A stretch of DNA of 64,000 bases, taken from positions 2,088 to 66,087 of the forward strand of contig JAEZEH010000077.1 of assembly GCA_023417785.1 (NCBI GenBank), given 5' to 3'. Numbering within the stretch: the first letter of the stretch is position 1; each line of letters begins with the position of its first letter. The stretch is from Bacteroidota bacterium. GTDB taxonomy: Bacteria > Bacteroidota > Bacteroidia > Cytophagales > Cyclobacteriaceae. Below, piece after piece: positions 9,557 through 21,913 of this stretch. Below the pieces are notes generated by a model, which saw nothing but the letters and a program-made list of their open reading frames with translations, made no database searches and had not been told where the DNA came from. A program made the translations under genes and the position numbers.

Positions 9557-10525
9557 TTGAATTTAGTAAAAAATATCAAAAACATTGCACGTAGCGTCTT
9601 ATTAAATGAGGCCCGTGCAATAGAGAATCTGACGAACTTCATCGACGATAACTTTGAAGCGTGCGTTAACGAAATTTATTCTGCGAAAGGCCGTGTTGTC
9701 ATAACAGGCGTTGGCAAAAGTGCCATAATTGCGAATAAAATAGTCGCTACGTTAAACTCCACCGGAACACCTGCTTTATTCATGCATGCCGCTGACGCCA
9801 TTCATGGAGATTTGGGCATGATTCAAAAAGATGACATCGTCATCTGCGTATCGAAAAGCGGAAGTACTCCCGAGATCAAGGTTCTTGTTCCGTTACTGAA
9901 ACGCAGAGGCTCAAAGCTTGTTGCATTGATCAGCAATACAAATTCGTACCTTGCTCAGCAAGCCGATTTCGTGTTGAATGCAACGATTGCGGAAGAAGCT
10001 TGCCCCCACAATCTCGCGCCGACGACAAGCACAACCGCCCACCTTGCACTTGGCGACGCCCTTGCTGTCTGCCTTCTTGAAATGCGAAATTTCACCACCA
10101 CCGACTTCGCTGAGTTTCATCCTGGCGGAGCGTTAGGTAAACAGCTTTACCTGAGAGTTTCCGATATCTATCTTCAAAACGAATTACCCAAAGTATTACC
10201 CCAAACGACTGTACCTGAGGCCATTCTTGAGATCTCGACCAAACGACTTGGCTGCACGGCAGTGATTAGTCCCGACGGCGAAATGATGGGGATTATAACC
10301 GATGGCGATTTACGAAGAATGCTTCAGAAAAATATTAATATTGGGGACCTGAAAGCGGCGGATATCATGACACAAAACCCGAGGAGTATTCAAAAAGACG
10401 AGTACGCGGTGAAGGCCCTGCATATTATGCAGGAAAATAACATCACTCAATTGCCTGTCATGGACGAGAAAAAGCTTGTTGGCTTTGTGCATCTGCATGA
10501 TCTGTTGAAAGAAGGTATCGTATAA
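9557..10525 (+). CDS. kdsD: KpsF/GutQ family arabinose-5-phosphate isomerase (SIS + tandem CBS domains)
   Basis: SIS motif GVGKSAIIANKIVATLNSTGTPALFMHAADAIHGDLG plus a C-terminal CBS pair. The start is uncertain: TTG at 9557 is preferred, and TTG at 9524 is the track start. Confidence 0.85.
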   Translation: MNLVKNIKNIARSVLLNEARAIENLTNFIDDNFEACVNEIYSAKGRVVITGVGKSAIIANKIVATLNSTGTPALFMHAADAIHGDLGMIQKDDIVICVSKSGSTPEIKVLVPLLKRRGSKLVALISNTNSYLAQQADFVLNATIAEEACPHNLAPTTSTTAHLALGDALAVCLLEMRNFTTTDFAEFHPGGALGKQLYLRVSDIYLQNELPKVLPQTTVPEAILEISTKRLGCTAVISPDGEMMGIITDGDLRRMLQKNINIGDLKAADIMTQNPRSIQKDEYAVKALHIMQENNITQLPVMDEKKLVGFVHLHDLLKEGIV

Positions 10526-10571
10526 AGGAAATCATTAAAGCGTCAAGCGCATAACCTTACGCTGAGAATCA

Positions 10572-11648
10572 ATGAACAAGAACCTGTATGTTGTACTAAT
10601 GGCAGGTGGCGTAGGTGTACGCTTCTGGCCATACAGTCGAAACTCCAAACCGAAACAATTTCTTGATGTTCTGGGAACCGGTCAGACGCTACTTCAGTCG
10701 ACCTACGAGCGATTCACGCCACTTTGCCCGAAAGACAACATCTTCGTCGTGACGCACGAGGAACATGCGGACCTGGTTCTTGAGCAGCTTCCCGACCTGA
10801 AAGAAGAACAGGTTCTTGCCGAGCCCATGCGAAAGAACACCGCAGCCTGCATCGCTTATGCAAGTTATCGCATCGCCGCAAAGGACCCCGACGCCATCAT
10901 CCTTGTATCTCCCGCCGACCACCTGGTACTGAAGGAATCCGAATTTCATGAAGTGATCCTGAGGGCATCGGATCAGGCGAAAAGTCAGGATAAACTCATT
11001 ACCCTTGGAATTACACCCACCCGGCCGGAAACCGGATATGGCTACATTCAATATCACACCGAGAAGAGCTTCGTTAAGAAAGTGAAAACCTTCACGGAAA
11101 AGCCGGAGTTGTCGTTAGCCAAGAAATTTCTGGAAAGCGGTGACTTCGTCTGGAATTCCGGGATTTTCATCTGGGGCGTTCAGGCCATTCTGAAAGCCAT
11201 GCACGAATATCTACCTGAAATGACGGAAGTATTTGATGACATCCGAAGCAAGATCGGGACGCCACAAGAGCGCCAGGCCATTCGAATCGCTTACCCGCAA
11301 TGCAAAAGCATTTCAATCGATTATGGTGTAATGGAAAAGGCGAAGAACGTTTACGTTTGCCTTGGCAACTTCACCTGGTCAGACCTTGGCTCATGGGGTT
11401 CAATTCACGAGATTTCGACAAAAGACGAGAATAACAATGTATTAAGGGCAAACGCGTTGATGTACGAATCGCGAAACTGCATCATAAAAGGTTCTTCTGA
11501 CAAGTTGATTGTCGTTCAGGGCCTCAATGGCTATCTCGTAGGAGAATTCGGAAACGTGGTGATCGTATGCGAAAAGGATAAGGAGGAACAATTCCGCCGT
11601 TTTGTGAATGACGTAAAAGCCCGCCCCAATTCAACCGAATTTGTTTGA
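10572..11648 (+). CDS. manC: Mannose-1-phosphate guanylyltransferase (nucleotidyltransferase domain only)
   Basis: N-terminal LMAGGVGVRFWPYSR nucleotidyl-transferase motif. About 358 aa, typical of the ManC-like family without the isomerase domain. Confidence 0.78.
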   Translation: MNKNLYVVLMAGGVGVRFWPYSRNSKPKQFLDVLGTGQTLLQSTYERFTPLCPKDNIFVVTHEEHADLVLEQLPDLKEEQVLAEPMRKNTAACIAYASYRIAAKDPDAIILVSPADHLVLKESEFHEVILRASDQAKSQDKLITLGITPTRPETGYGYIQYHTEKSFVKKVKTFTEKPELSLAKKFLESGDFVWNSGIFIWGVQAILKAMHEYLPEMTEVFDDIRSKIGTPQERQAIRIAYPQCKSISIDYGVMEKAKNVYVCLGNFTWSDLGSWGSIHEISTKDENNNVLRANALMYESRNCIIKGSSDKLIVVQGLNGYLVGEFGNVVIVCEKDKEEQFRRFVNDVKARPNSTEFV

Positions 11649-11699
11649 TCTCCGTCGAATTACTTTTCTGATTTAGGTTCGGGTTTGCCCTGTTGTTGT

Positions 11700-11707
11700 T
11701 ACTTTTG
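11700..11707 (+). promoter_or_regulatory. Bacteroidota -7 promoter element (TACTTTTG) for ruvA
   Basis: Exact TAnnTTTG match, 17 nt upstream of the ruvA ATG. Confidence 0.4.
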
Positions 11708-11723
11708 AAGCTGATAGTTTTTT

Positions 11724-12317
11724 ATGATCGCGTTCCTGAAAGGAAGACTTGTTCATCTGGATCCTACCCATGTAATAATTGACGTCAATGGTGTTGGATA
11801 CCATGCTAACATTTCGCTGCAAACCTTCTCCGCGATAAAGGAACAGGAAAATATCTTGCTGTTTACCCATCTGAGCATCCGGGAAGATGCGCACGTCCTT
11901 TTTGGATTCTCCTCCGAAGGAGAACGAAAGCTGTTTCAGCAGTTGATATCCGTAAATGGTGTAGGGCCGAGTACAGCTATAGTCATGTTGTCGTACCTCA
12001 ATGAACAGGAACTAAAGTCTGCGATTGTGCGCGAAGACGCGGTTTCATTGCAGGCGATCAAAGGAATTGGGGGCAAAACGGCACAACGCGTAATTATAGA
12101 GCTTAAGGATAAGCTGAAAAAAGAAAGCTGGGAGGAAACCCTGCCTGCGATTTCCGGTGGGGTTCACAATACTGTAAAGAAAGAGGCGTTATCTGCTCTA
12201 CTCACCCTGGGTCTGCCCAAAGCGGTAGCAGAGAAAAGTATCGATAGCGTTCTTAAAAAATCGGGAAATACCATTACCTTGGAAGATTTGGTTAAGCAAG
12301 CGCTGAAGAATGCGTGA
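11724..12317 (+). CDS. ruvA: Holliday junction branch migration protein RuvA
   Basis: MIAFLKGRL... N-terminus, HhH motifs (NGVGPSTA, IKGIGGKTAQR). 197 aa. Confidence 0.93.
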   Translation: MIAFLKGRLVHLDPTHVIIDVNGVGYHANISLQTFSAIKEQENILLFTHLSIREDAHVLFGFSSEGERKLFQQLISVNGVGPSTAIVMLSYLNEQELKSAIVREDAVSLQAIKGIGGKTAQRVIIELKDKLKKESWEETLPAISGGVHNTVKKEALSALLTLGLPKAVAEKSIDSVLKKSGNTITLEDLVKQALKNA

Positions 12318-12407
12318 TCAATGTGCCCGGAAAGCGCCGGGTTCAGTAATTACTTTTCTTCATGTGAGTATCACTCAATTGAAAACAGGTCTTTAAACAG
12401 AACTTGA

Positions 12408-15400
12408 TTGAGGTTTTTTATACTTAAAGAGAACCACTGCCTAAGCCCCCGTCATAGCCTTTTTCTATGGCTGTGCTGTCTTATTGTCCCGTCCGTAGTT
12501 TTCGGCCAGGAACAGGATTCGGTACAGAACCCTCAGCAAAACGAAACACTTCAGGAAGAGACCTATACCCCTACACGCAGGCCAACCTTCCGAATTCGAG
12601 ACAGGTATGGAGACCCGTTCTCAAACACCACCACAACATCACCTCTGTTCCTGAAAGACCCGTCGCGCATGAAGCTCGATGTTGAAATCGACACCGCGGG
12701 AAATTACACGATCTATGAAAGGATGGGTGAATTAAACTACCGCCCCGCCTCTGGTATGTCGTTTGAGGAATACAAACAGTACCAGGATCGCCAGATACTA
12801 AAAGACTACTGGAAAGGTCGATCCCGTGCCATGGACGGCGAAAGTCCGGTGAGCTCGCGTGGAATTATCCCGAAAATATTTGTGAGCCCTGTCCTGGACC
12901 GCATTTTCGGCGGAAGCTATGTCGAACTTGTACCCCGCGGGTTTGTCACTCTTGACTTTGGCGGCCAGTTTCAAAAGATCAATAACCCTACACTACCCAT
13001 CCGCCAACAGCGAAACGGAGGCTTCGAATTCGATCAGCAGATCAATATGAGCGTCATCGGAAAGGTTGGCGAGAAGCTGCAGGTGATGGCCAACTTCGAC
13101 AACAACAACTCCTTCGATTTTCAAAATAATATGAAAGTCGAGTACACCGGCTTCAAAGAAGATATTCTCCAGAAACTGGAAATTGGAAACGTCAGTCTTC
13201 CGCTGAATAATACCCTCATCCAGGGAGCTCAGAATCTTTTCGGTATAAAAGCCCAGCTGCAGTTTGGAAAACTCAACGTTACAACAATAGCCACGACACA
13301 ACGGGGTAAGACGTCATCCATCAATCTGGGTGGCGGGGGCCCGGGTGGACAAGGTGGTCAGGGACGTCCGTTCGAATTGATCGCCTCGCAATATGATGAG
13401 AACCGGCACTTTTTCCTCAGCCATTTCTTCCGTGATAATTTTCAAAACTGGGTACGTAATACGCCGCAGATCACCTCAGGTGTGAACATCATGCGTGTTG
13501 AGGTATATATTCTAAACCGTAACAACGATACCCAGACGCTGCGGAACGTTGTGGGCTTCACCGATCTGGGCGAAAGGGAGCGGTTACAAAATCCGCAGGT
13601 TGTCAGTCCAGCGGGCGGAAATGGTGCCAGCAACGATGCCAACAATTTGTACGGGCTTCTTGCCGGTATCAGCCGCGACGTCGATCAGATCAGCGGCAAT
13701 CTCGGCGGCCTCGGTCTTCAATCCGGGACCGATTTTGAAAAGATCACCGGAGCCAGAAAACTAAACGAAACCGAATACACCGTCCATCCACTCCTGGGTT
13801 ACATTACCCTTACGAGAAAACTTCAGAATGATGAAGCGCTTGCCGTATCATACGAATACACCTACCGGGGCCAGCGTTATAAAGTGGGAGAACTTACCGA
13901 GGATTACGGCAAACTGAAGGAAGATGAAGTTGTTTTGCTGAAACTGCTCAGGCAGCGAAACCTTTCGACAGTACTGCAGTCGACCACGTGGAACCTCATG
14001 ATGAAGAACGTGTATAGCCTGGGCGTTAACCAACTCTCACAGGATGGATTCCAACTGCGCGTGATCTACCGTGACGATGCTTCAGGAATGGACCAACCTC
14101 AGCTCCAGGAACCCGTCTTTCAGGATCGGCCTTTAATTGAACTCTTCGGTCTGGACCGGCTTAATACAGTAAACGATCCCTTCCCCGACGGCAACTTTGA
14201 CTTCGTTGACGGAATCACGGTGAATTCAGCAAACGGATTAATTATCTTCCCGTTTCTTGAACCTTTCGGCCAGGCGCTCCGTGATCGGCTGGGAGATAAC
14301 CCCACGCTTATACGCAAGTACTCTTACGACACCCTATACCGGACCACAAAAGCCGAAGCGGAGCTTTTTGCCACGAAGAACAAATTCTGGCTGAAAGGCT
14401 TTTACGCCAGCACAGGCGGATCAGCGAAAGAGATTCTAATACCCGGTTTTGGGTTGGCCCAGGGTTCTGTTCAGTTATTTGCAGGTGGCATACCCCTTAT
14501 GGAGGGCACTGACTACGTGGTCGACTACACCTTCGGAAAAGTGACCGTACTCAACGATGCGATTCTGAATTCCGACAAGGAAATTGAAGTGCGATTCGAA
14601 CAGAACGATCCGTTTGCATTCCAGACACGAAGTCTTTTGGGGACGCGCCTGGATTATCAGCTCAATGACGATGTCAACTTCGGGTCCACGTTCCTGTACT
14701 ATAATGAAAGGCCGTTGATTTCGCGCAACCAGATCGGTACGGAGCCAGCACGTAACATGCAATACGGACTTGATTTCAACGTAAACAAATCAAGCCGGCT
14801 TCTTACGAAATTGATTGATGCGATCCCGCTGATACAAACCAAAGAACAGTCCACGGTAAACCTGACAGGTGAATTCGCACAACTGTTACCCGGCACATCG
14901 AATGTCGTTGACGGCGAAGGGACTGCGTATATCGATGATTTCGAAAGTTCAGCCACACCCTATTCTTTGATGAATCCGTTTAGCTGGAAACTCGCTGCCA
15001 TTCCCAAAAGCGAGGGTGACATTTACGAGGGAAATCCCTCGACGTATCCGGGCTCAGACGAGCTTAGCAAAGGCTTCCGGCGGGCAAAGCTGGCGTGGTA
15101 TAGTATCGACAATCAGCTGCAAAGAAATTCGGGACGCTTCCGTCCGGATAACATTACCGACGAAGATCTCAACAACCATTATGTACGTCTTGTTGACCCG
15201 CAGGAAATATTTCCGAACAAGCAGTTGCAGCAAGGGGTTCAGCAAGAGTCGGTAATGGACCTTGCGTATTACCCGCAGGAACGCGGACCGTATAATTACA
15301 ACGACCGCCTCGATGGCGCAGGACAGCTTCCGCTTAATGAAGTTGAGCGCAACTGGGCCGGTGTCACAAATGCTATTCGAACCGAGGTCGACTTCGACAA

Positions 15401-18400
15401 ATCCAACATTGAATACATCGAATTCTGGTTACTCGATCCTTTCCTCGACGGCCCCAACGGACTGCTCGACGAAGCGGGTAACCCCCGCCCTAATCGCAGG
15501 GGTGGAAGAATGCTTTTCCAGTTGGGCACGATAGCAGAAGATGTAATTCCTGACGGCAAGCACGCTTTTGAAAACGGCCTTCCTCCAGACGGAACCCTAG
15601 ATGGAGGAAAAACAACAAAAAATGCCTGGGGCTACGTCACGGAACAACAATACCTGACCAATGGATTTGACAACACACAAACCAACGCGCGGGCAAACCA
15701 GGACGTGGGCTTTGACGGAATGCCGACCTCAAAAGAGGTCGACGCATTTCAAGAGTACCTCAATAGTCTGTCGCCCGAGGCGCACGCAGTGGTAATAAAC
15801 GATCCGTCTGCCGACGACTACCGGCATTTTCTGGATCCGGCGTACGATGCCGCCAATGCAAAAATCCTTCAGCGTTACAAGAACTATAATGGTTTGGAAG
15901 GGAATACACCGATCTCTTCCAACACCGGTGATATCGCTACGGCGAATTATCAGAATCCTGACAATGAAGATCTCAACGATGATAAGACACTCGAAGAACG
16001 TGATCGCGAAGCATACTACGAATATGATATCAATCTGACGCGCGAGGAACTTGCCGTAGGCAGGGAATACGTGGTTGATAAGCAACCGTATCTCGACAAG
16101 GCGACAGGTGAAACCGTAAACTGGTATCTTTTCCGTATTCCGATCCGCAGCTGGGAACGCCGCTTCGGAGACATTCAGGGCTTCAAAGGCATCCGTTACA
16201 CGCGAATGATCCTTACGGGCTTCAGCGAGCCGGTTGTACTTCGTATGGCGAACTTCAGAATGGTGGGAAGCCGCTGGAGAAGGTATACCGATAGCTTGCT
16301 TGAAGGGCTGCGGAAAGATGCGGAGACAATCATCGAAGACGTGACGGTGTCCGTCGTGAACTTTGAAGAAAACGCTACGCCCGACGTGGAAGGAAACAAG
16401 TCAGGTTATGTAGTACCCCCCGGGTTGCTCCGCGACCGCGACGTGACTTCTTCTGTTTCGCGTCTGCTCAATGAGCAGTCTATTCAAATGTGCGTTGACA
16501 ATCTCGAAGACGGCGATGCTCGTGCAATCTACAAGAACATTTCAATGGACCTTTTCAACTACGGACGTGTGAAGATGTTTTTACACGCCAACAGCATGTC
16601 CAACGATGATGAGCTGCACGCATTCGTGCGTCTTGGAACCGACTTTGACGAAAACTACTACGAGATTGAGATACCGTTGAAGATTACGAAAGACCTCGCT
16701 TCAACGGACCCGCGAGTGGTATGGCCTGCCGAAAATGAAATCGACCTTGCCTTCGACGAGCTATATGAATTGAAAGCTCAACGCGACCGCGAGAATTATC
16801 CCTTATCGGATCCATATCCGCGTACACCTAAACGAGTTGATGACCGGCATCTGATTCGGATCGTTGGACGACCGGATCTCAGTAGTGTTCAGGTAATCAT
16901 GATTGGCGTAAAGAACCCAACTTCGGCAGATCGCCGGACACAGTCCGTTTGCCTTTGGGCGAATGAGCTTCGGGTAACCGACTTCAACCGCACCGCGGGA
17001 TGGGCCGTTAATACAACCCTCAGCGCCAAACTCGCTGACTTTGCCACGCTTACGGGAGCATTCCGGCACACGACTTTCGGTTTCGGTAGCGTAAGCTCAA
17101 AAATATTTGAACGTACCCGGGAGGAGACGACCACCTACGACATGGCAGCAAATGTCAATGTAGATAAACTGCTTCCCGGAAACCACGGGATTAAGATTCC
17201 GATGTTCCTCAGTTATGAGAACACGCTCATCACACCTCAATACGATCCGGCTAACCCGGACATGAAAACTGATGTAATGTTGCGTTCATTCGACGAGTCC
17301 AGTGCCGAAGATCGAAGTCGCCGGCAGAATTATTTGAAGATGATTCAGGACCGTACCACACGCAGGAGCATGAACTTCACCAATGTGCGCAAGGTGAAAG
17401 TGAAACCTGATGCGAAGACCCACATCTGGGATATCGAAAACTTTGCCTTCAGCTATGCCTACAGCGAGGCTACCCGAACAAGTTTCACCACTGCCCTGGG
17501 TCAGCAGAAGAATCAGCGTGGATCCATTTCCTATCAGTTCAGCCCTCAGGCAGCGGGTGTTGAACCCTTTAAGGATTCGAAGGGACTATCGTCACCGTGG
17601 CTAAAAGCGATTAAGGATTTTAACTTCAATCTCCTTCCCAGCAATCTCGGCGTGCGTTTTGACCTTGAACGATCTTTCGGAAAGACCATCTATCGGAACG
17701 CCTTGGGTAACGGTGATTTTAGCGAGTCGCGTGCAAACTACCTTAAGTATTTTACTTTCAATCGTCAGTATAACCTGAGGTGGGACCTCTCCAAGAACCT
17801 GTCGGTGGAATACAATGCCAGAGCAAACGCCGTCATTGATGAACCCTATGGGGATATCAATACGAACGAGAAACGGGACACGGTAATCAACAACCTCAAG
17901 AACTTCGGACGGATGAAAAACTTCGACCAGAGCATCACTGGTAACTACAAATTACCACTGGACAAGTTCCCAATAACGGACTGGATAGGCGCCGATTACC
18001 GTCATATGGTAAACTACAATTGGCGTGCGGGGCCGGTGAACCTGCCCGGGGCACCGATTGCCATTGAGGACGAATTTGACTTCAAGAACACCATTCAGAA
18101 CAGTCGTGAACGAAATTATTCGGCTCGGCTGGATATGGTCAAGCTTTACAACAAAGTACAGTTCCTAAAGGAATTGAATACGCCGCCACGACCACAGTCT
18201 ACACGTCCTCAATCCACCCGGCCTGTGCCGCAGCAGGAAGCCGACACGACAAGAAAAGCAGAACTTCCATCCGTAGTGAAGGGACTGTTCCGGTTGATGA
18301 TGTCATTAAAATCCGTGAACGGTACCTATACCGTTGGTGAGGGAACGATTCTGCCTGGCTTCGAAAAAGCACCCAAGTTCTTCGGTATGGATGACGAGTG

Positions 18401-19673
18401 GAGTTCCCCCGGATGGAAGTTCGTTTTGGGTGATCAGAACCCCGACTTCAGAAAACAGGCTGCCCGGAACGGCTGGCTTGTGAAGAAGGAGGAACTGAGT
18501 ACCCTCTTCACGCAATCACGGATGGAGAATCTCAACCTGAGAGCCAACGTGGAGCCTGCGCGCGATTTTAAAATTCAGCTGGACCTGAGAAAAGAGACGA
18601 TGACAAATTACTCGGAAACCTATCGGTGGGATCCTTCCAATGATCAGTCGATTGACGATGGTTTCAGGGGATATACACCTTTCAGAAGCGGAAGCTACCG
18701 GATATCAACATGGACCATAAAAACTGCTTTCGAGAAGAGCAACGGCGAATTAGAATCAAAGGTCTTCGATACCTTCGAAGAGAACATCGGGCGCGTCCGG
18801 CAGCGTTTTCAGTTGGAGACCGGCCAATCAGAATATGACAGCGCGCAAGACGTACTGATCCCGGCGTTCATCGCCGCGTATACCGGCAAAGATCCTGCTT
18901 CCATTTCGCTGAGCCCTTTCCCCAACAACCCTGTGCCCAACTGGCGAATCGACTATACTGGATTGTCGAGATTAGGAATCTTTAAGGATATCTTCCAATC
19001 TATAACCGTCAACCATGCCTACCAGAGTGTATATGCAGTGACCAATTACAGCAGCTCGGGCGATTTCCTTGACCGTGACGGTGCTGACCTGAGTAAACTC
19101 GAAATAAACCGACCTATTGAAGACTATAACCGCCGGTATTTTGGCGAAGTCTCCGACGGTGGAGAATTAATTCCGGTATACGTAATCAGCTCGGTCATGA
19201 TTTCGGAACAGTTCAATCCACTTATTGGCATCAACGTAAAGACTAAGGGTCGGGTGACTGCCAATTTGCAGTACAAAACAAAACGCGACCTTGCCCTTAC
19301 CATCAGCAACGCACAGATAACGGAATTGAACAGCCGCGATGTGTCGATGGAAGTCGGATTCACGAAGAACAATATGAAGTTGCCATTCAAATCACAAGGA
19401 CGAACAATAGTACTGAAGAACGATCTGACGTTCCGTCTGAATGCGACGGTCGGAAATACCAAAACAATCCAGCGGAAGATTGAAGAGCTGGACCAGGTTA
19501 CTAACGGGAACATCAACTTCCAGCTGCGGCCGAACATCAGCTATACGGTAAACCAGAAGTTGATGCTTCAGATGTATTTTGAACGCAACATCAACGAGCC
19601 CCTGATCAGCATCTCTTCGCGAAGGGCTACCACCAGGTTTGGTGTTCAGGTTCGCTTCAGCCTCGCCCAATAA
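12408..19673 (+). CDS. sprA: T9SS outer-membrane translocon / gliding motility protein SprA (Sov)
   Basis: 2421-aa protein with a signal peptide. Size and conserved ruvA-sprA synteny are typical of Bacteroidota SprA. The TTG start is tentative. Confidence 0.9.
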   Translation: MRFFILKENHCLSPRHSLFLWLCCLIVPSVVFGQEQDSVQNPQQNETLQEETYTPTRRPTFRIRDRYGDPFSNTTTTSPLFLKDPSRMKLDVEIDTAGNYTIYERMGELNYRPASGMSFEEYKQYQDRQILKDYWKGRSRAMDGESPVSSRGIIPKIFVSPVLDRIFGGSYVELVPRGFVTLDFGGQFQKINNPTLPIRQQRNGGFEFDQQINMSVIGKVGEKLQVMANFDNNNSFDFQNNMKVEYTGFKEDILQKLEIGNVSLPLNNTLIQGAQNLFGIKAQLQFGKLNVTTIATTQRGKTSSINLGGGGPGGQGGQGRPFELIASQYDENRHFFLSHFFRDNFQNWVRNTPQITSGVNIMRVEVYILNRNNDTQTLRNVVGFTDLGERERLQNPQVVSPAGGNGASNDANNLYGLLAGISRDVDQISGNLGGLGLQSGTDFEKITGARKLNETEYTVHPLLGYITLTRKLQNDEALAVSYEYTYRGQRYKVGELTEDYGKLKEDEVVLLKLLRQRNLSTVLQSTTWNLMMKNVYSLGVNQLSQDGFQLRVIYRDDASGMDQPQLQEPVFQDRPLIELFGLDRLNTVNDPFPDGNFDFVDGITVNSANGLIIFPFLEPFGQALRDRLGDNPTLIRKYSYDTLYRTTKAEAELFATKNKFWLKGFYASTGGSAKEILIPGFGLAQGSVQLFAGGIPLMEGTDYVVDYTFGKVTVLNDAILNSDKEIEVRFEQNDPFAFQTRSLLGTRLDYQLNDDVNFGSTFLYYNERPLISRNQIGTEPARNMQYGLDFNVNKSSRLLTKLIDAIPLIQTKEQSTVNLTGEFAQLLPGTSNVVDGEGTAYIDDFESSATPYSLMNPFSWKLAAIPKSEGDIYEGNPSTYPGSDELSKGFRRAKLAWYSIDNQLQRNSGRFRPDNITDEDLNNHYVRLVDPQEIFPNKQLQQGVQQESVMDLAYYPQERGPYNYNDRLDGAGQLPLNEVERNWAGVTNAIRTEVDFDKSNIEYIEFWLLDPFLDGPNGLLDEAGNPRPNRRGGRMLFQLGTIAEDVIPDGKHAFENGLPPDGTLDGGKTTKNAWGYVTEQQYLTNGFDNTQTNARANQDVGFDGMPTSKEVDAFQEYLNSLSPEAHAVVINDPSADDYRHFLDPAYDAANAKILQRYKNYNGLEGNTPISSNTGDIATANYQNPDNEDLNDDKTLEERDREAYYEYDINLTREELAVGREYVVDKQPYLDKATGETVNWYLFRIPIRSWERRFGDIQGFKGIRYTRMILTGFSEPVVLRMANFRMVGSRWRRYTDSLLEGLRKDAETIIEDVTVSVVNFEENATPDVEGNKSGYVVPPGLLRDRDVTSSVSRLLNEQSIQMCVDNLEDGDARAIYKNISMDLFNYGRVKMFLHANSMSNDDELHAFVRLGTDFDENYYEIEIPLKITKDLASTDPRVVWPAENEIDLAFDELYELKAQRDRENYPLSDPYPRTPKRVDDRHLIRIVGRPDLSSVQVIMIGVKNPTSADRRTQSVCLWANELRVTDFNRTAGWAVNTTLSAKLADFATLTGAFRHTTFGFGSVSSKIFERTREETTTYDMAANVNVDKLLPGNHGIKIPMFLSYENTLITPQYDPANPDMKTDVMLRSFDESSAEDRSRRQNYLKMIQDRTTRRSMNFTNVRKVKVKPDAKTHIWDIENFAFSYAYSEATRTSFTTALGQQKNQRGSISYQFSPQAAGVEPFKDSKGLSSPWLKAIKDFNFNLLPSNLGVRFDLERSFGKTIYRNALGNGDFSESRANYLKYFTFNRQYNLRWDLSKNLSVEYNARANAVIDEPYGDINTNEKRDTVINNLKNFGRMKNFDQSITGNYKLPLDKFPITDWIGADYRHMVNYNWRAGPVNLPGAPIAIEDEFDFKNTIQNSRERNYSARLDMVKLYNKVQFLKELNTPPRPQSTRPQSTRPVPQQEADTTRKAELPSVVKGLFRLMMSLKSVNGTYTVGEGTILPGFEKAPKFFGMDDEWSSPGWKFVLGDQNPDFRKQAARNGWLVKKEELSTLFTQSRMENLNLRANVEPARDFKIQLDLRKETMTNYSETYRWDPSNDQSIDDGFRGYTPFRSGSYRISTWTIKTAFEKSNGELESKVFDTFEENIGRVRQRFQLETGQSEYDSAQDVLIPAFIAAYTGKDPASISLSPFPNNPVPNWRIDYTGLSRLGIFKDIFQSITVNHAYQSVYAVTNYSSSGDFLDRDGADLSKLEINRPIEDYNRRYFGEVSDGGELIPVYVISSVMISEQFNPLIGINVKTKGRVTANLQYKTKRDLALTISNAQITELNSRDVSMEVGFTKNNMKLPFKSQGRTIVLKNDLTFRLNATVGNTKTIQRKIEELDQVTNGNINFQLRPNISYTVNQKLMLQMYFERNINEPLISISSRRATTRFGVQVRFSLAQ

Positions 19674-19779
19674 TATTTGCTGATCGCACGACACAGCATT
19701 CAAAATTTTGTCACTCCGCTAATGGGGCACGTTTCGGTTCAATTCCCTGGAAACCGCTACGGTATATCAATAATTCAGC

Positions 19780-19787
19780 TATTTTTG
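19780..19787 (+). promoter_or_regulatory. Bacteroidota -7 promoter element (TATTTTTG) for gcvH
   Basis: Exact TAnnTTTG match, 21 nt upstream of the gcvH ATG. Confidence 0.4.
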
Positions 19788-19807
19788 GCACTTTAAACCT
19801 TATCGCG

Positions 19808-20182
19808 ATGAATATTCCTGATGGATTAAAGTACACCAAAGACCACGAATGGCTGAAAATTGAGGGAAACACTGCTACAGTCGGCATTACCGATTTCGCG
19901 CAAAGCGAATTAGGCGATATCGTATATGTAGATATCAACACAACAGGCCAGGAAGTCAACGAACATGACATTTTCGGTACAGTTGAAGCGGTAAAAACCG
20001 TCTCGGATCTTTATATGCCGGTTTCCGGAAAGGTTCTGGAGGTAAATCCAGCCCTGGAAAGAAACCCTGAAAAGGTTAATGAGGATCCATATGGTGAGGG
20101 GTGGATGATCAAGGTTGAAATTGTTAAAGATGGTTCGGCTTTGCTTAGTCCTGAGCAATACCGAGAACTAATCGGAAAATAA
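19808..20182 (+). CDS. gcvH: Glycine cleavage system protein H
   Basis: YTKDHEWL and the lipoyl-lysine motif VEAVKTVSD. 124 aa. Confidence 0.93.
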   Translation: MNIPDGLKYTKDHEWLKIEGNTATVGITDFAQSELGDIVYVDINTTGQEVNEHDIFGTVEAVKTVSDLYMPVSGKVLEVNPALERNPEKVNEDPYGEGWMIKVEIVKDGSALLSPEQYRELIGK

Positions 20183-20221
20183 AAGCCTTATATACCTGTA
20201 AAGGTTTAAATCCAGGTTTCT

Positions 20222-21106
20222 ATGATTGAGCTCCCTGTTGTCTCACCGGAAGAACGCAAACGCAAGCCCAATTGGCTTAGGGTTAAATTGCCCGTTGGCC
20301 CGGAATACGCGAAAGTGCGCCGGCTGGTCGACAATTACAAACTACACACCATTTGCGAAAGCGGAAACTGCCCGAATATGGGCGAATGCTGGGGCGCAGG
20401 AACGGCGACGTTTATGATTCTCGGGAATGTCTGCACGCGCAGTTGCACATTTTGCGCTGTTGCCACAGGGCGGCCCACGGAATACGACGAGATGGAACCA
20501 AAGCGCGTCGCCGAGGCAATTAAACTGATGGGTGTTAAACATGCGGTGATCACGTCGGTCAATCGTGATGAACTCAAGGATCGTGGTGCTGAAATCTGGT
20601 ATCAAACCGTGGTCGAAACCAAAACACTTAGTCCTGAGACTACCATAGAAACGCTTATCCCCGACACCAAAGGAAACTGGGATGCGTTGCACCGAATGAT
20701 AGAAGGCGGCCAGGAAGTTGTGTCGCACAACATGGAGACGGTGGGAAGACTTTACCGAATGGTACGGCCACAGGCAAAGTATGATCGCAGCCTCGAGCAA
20801 ATCAAAAGGACCCGCGAAGCCGGCAAACGCACCAAGTCCGGGATAATGCTTGGTCTGGGTGAAACAAAAGATGAAGTCTTCAAGGCAATGGATGATCTCG
20901 CAGAAAATGGTTTGCTGATCCTGACCCTCGGGCAATACCTTCAGCCCACTAAGATGCATTTAGAGGTGGCGGAGTTTATCCATCCCGATATATTCGAAAT
21001 GTATCGCGAGGAAGGCTTGAAGCGAGGACTCCGTTATGTGGAATCCGGGCCCCTCGTAAGATCTTCTTACCATGCTGAAAGGCATGTCAACGTTCCGATC
21101 GATTAA
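20222..21106 (+). CDS. lipA: Lipoyl synthase
   Basis: Auxiliary cluster motif [12 protein letters not shown] and radical SAM motif CTRSCTFC. 294 aa. Confidence 0.95.
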   Translation: MIELPVVSPEERKRKPNWLRVKLPVGPEYAKVRRLVDNYKLHTICESGNCPNMGECWGAGTATFMILGNVCTRSCTFCAVATGRPTEYDEMEPKRVAEAIKLMGVKHAVITSVNRDELKDRGAEIWYQTVVETKTLSPETTIETLIPDTKGNWDALHRMIEGGQEVVSHNMETVGRLYRMVRPQAKYDRSLEQIKRTREAGKRTKSGIMLGLGETKDEVFKAMDDLAENGLLILTLGQYLQPTKMHLEVAEFIHPDIFEMYREEGLKRGLRYVESGPLVRSSYHAERHVNVPID

Positions 21107-21153
21107 GCCCTAACGGAATACGTTTCACATTTTCAATTCTGCACATTTCACCA

Positions 21154-21161
21154 TATTTTTG
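21154..21161 (+). promoter_or_regulatory. Bacteroidota -7 promoter element (TATTTTTG) upstream of the 167-aa hypothetical gene
   Basis: Exact TAnnTTTG match, 16 nt upstream of GTG at 21177. Confidence 0.35.
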
Positions 21162-21176
21162 TGAAACCTTCTGCCC

Positions 21177-21680
21177 GTGCTGCGAAAATTCTTTTCTCGC
21201 GATAAAAATTACATCCTCGAAAATGTTCAACTCGCCATGGAGGAGTCGCTCCTTCAGTATCTGGTTGATTATGTAAAAGTCGAATACCTTTTGAAATGCA
21301 ACCCCCTCGGCCTCGACGACGATACCAGCCGGAAAGTTCGCGGACATGAATTATCAGAAGTAACTCAGCTGAAGGAGTTTTACATCGTGCTGTCAGGCGT
21401 ATACCGATTTCTTTACTACGGTGATAACCAGCTTACCTTTATCTTCGATGGCCGCGACGATGAATCGAAATACGAAGAGGAGTGGGGCAACGCGTTTCGT
21501 AAATGGGTGAAAGAATTTTGTCGGCATGATAACTTCATCCGGGCTGTCCTCGAGCTCACCGTTTTTTATCCCGAAGACTATACGCCACAAATGGCCGGTT
21601 TGCGGATGAGTGCGTTCATCACCAAAACGTTTGATGTCAAATTAGATCCCCGGAAAGGACTGGTCAAGGCTCTACGGTAA
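21177..21680 (+). CDS. Hypothetical protein (no family recognised)
   Basis: 167-aa ORF with its own -7 box. No recognisable motif. The start is either GTG at 21177 or a downstream ATG. Confidence 0.5.
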   Translation: MLRKFFSRDKNYILENVQLAMEESLLQYLVDYVKVEYLLKCNPLGLDDDTSRKVRGHELSEVTQLKEFYIVLSGVYRFLYYGDNQLTFIFDGRDDESKYEEEWGNAFRKWVKEFCRHDNFIRAVLELTVFYPEDYTPQMAGLRMSAFITKTFDVKLDPRKGLVKALR

Positions 21681-21913
21681 ACCAACGTTCTTCGCACGCA
21701 CGTCCCTTCGCACGACAAGCGCTCTGAAATTAAGGCCAGAAGGAGGGTGGTTCCACGGCTTCGCTCAGACAATTCCTCCCTGCCAGATAGAACTTCGCGG
21801 GGTAATCCGCGCTGCCATTCAAATCCGCGAGTTCACACGCATGAACATGCCTAAGATGCCCACCGCAAGGGTTTCCGTATTACGTTCCTGGGTAAAGGTT
21901 GCCTGAGTCGGCC

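Noticed and set aside
18170-18240. Short tandem repeat in sprA encoding [13 protein letters not shown]
   Set aside because: It has only two imperfect copies inside a coding region. It is a low-complexity linker, not a CRISPR or VNTR-type element.
20342-20959. 205-aa minus-strand ORF inside lipA. Similar antisense ORFs lie at 41506-42108 (in the DUF4105 gene), 45011-45616 (in sucB), 1093-1677 (in porU) and 43521-44009 (in lpdA).
   Set aside because: All lie antisense within genes that have strong family signatures, and none has a recognisable domain. These are typical long shadow ORFs in genes of moderate GC content.
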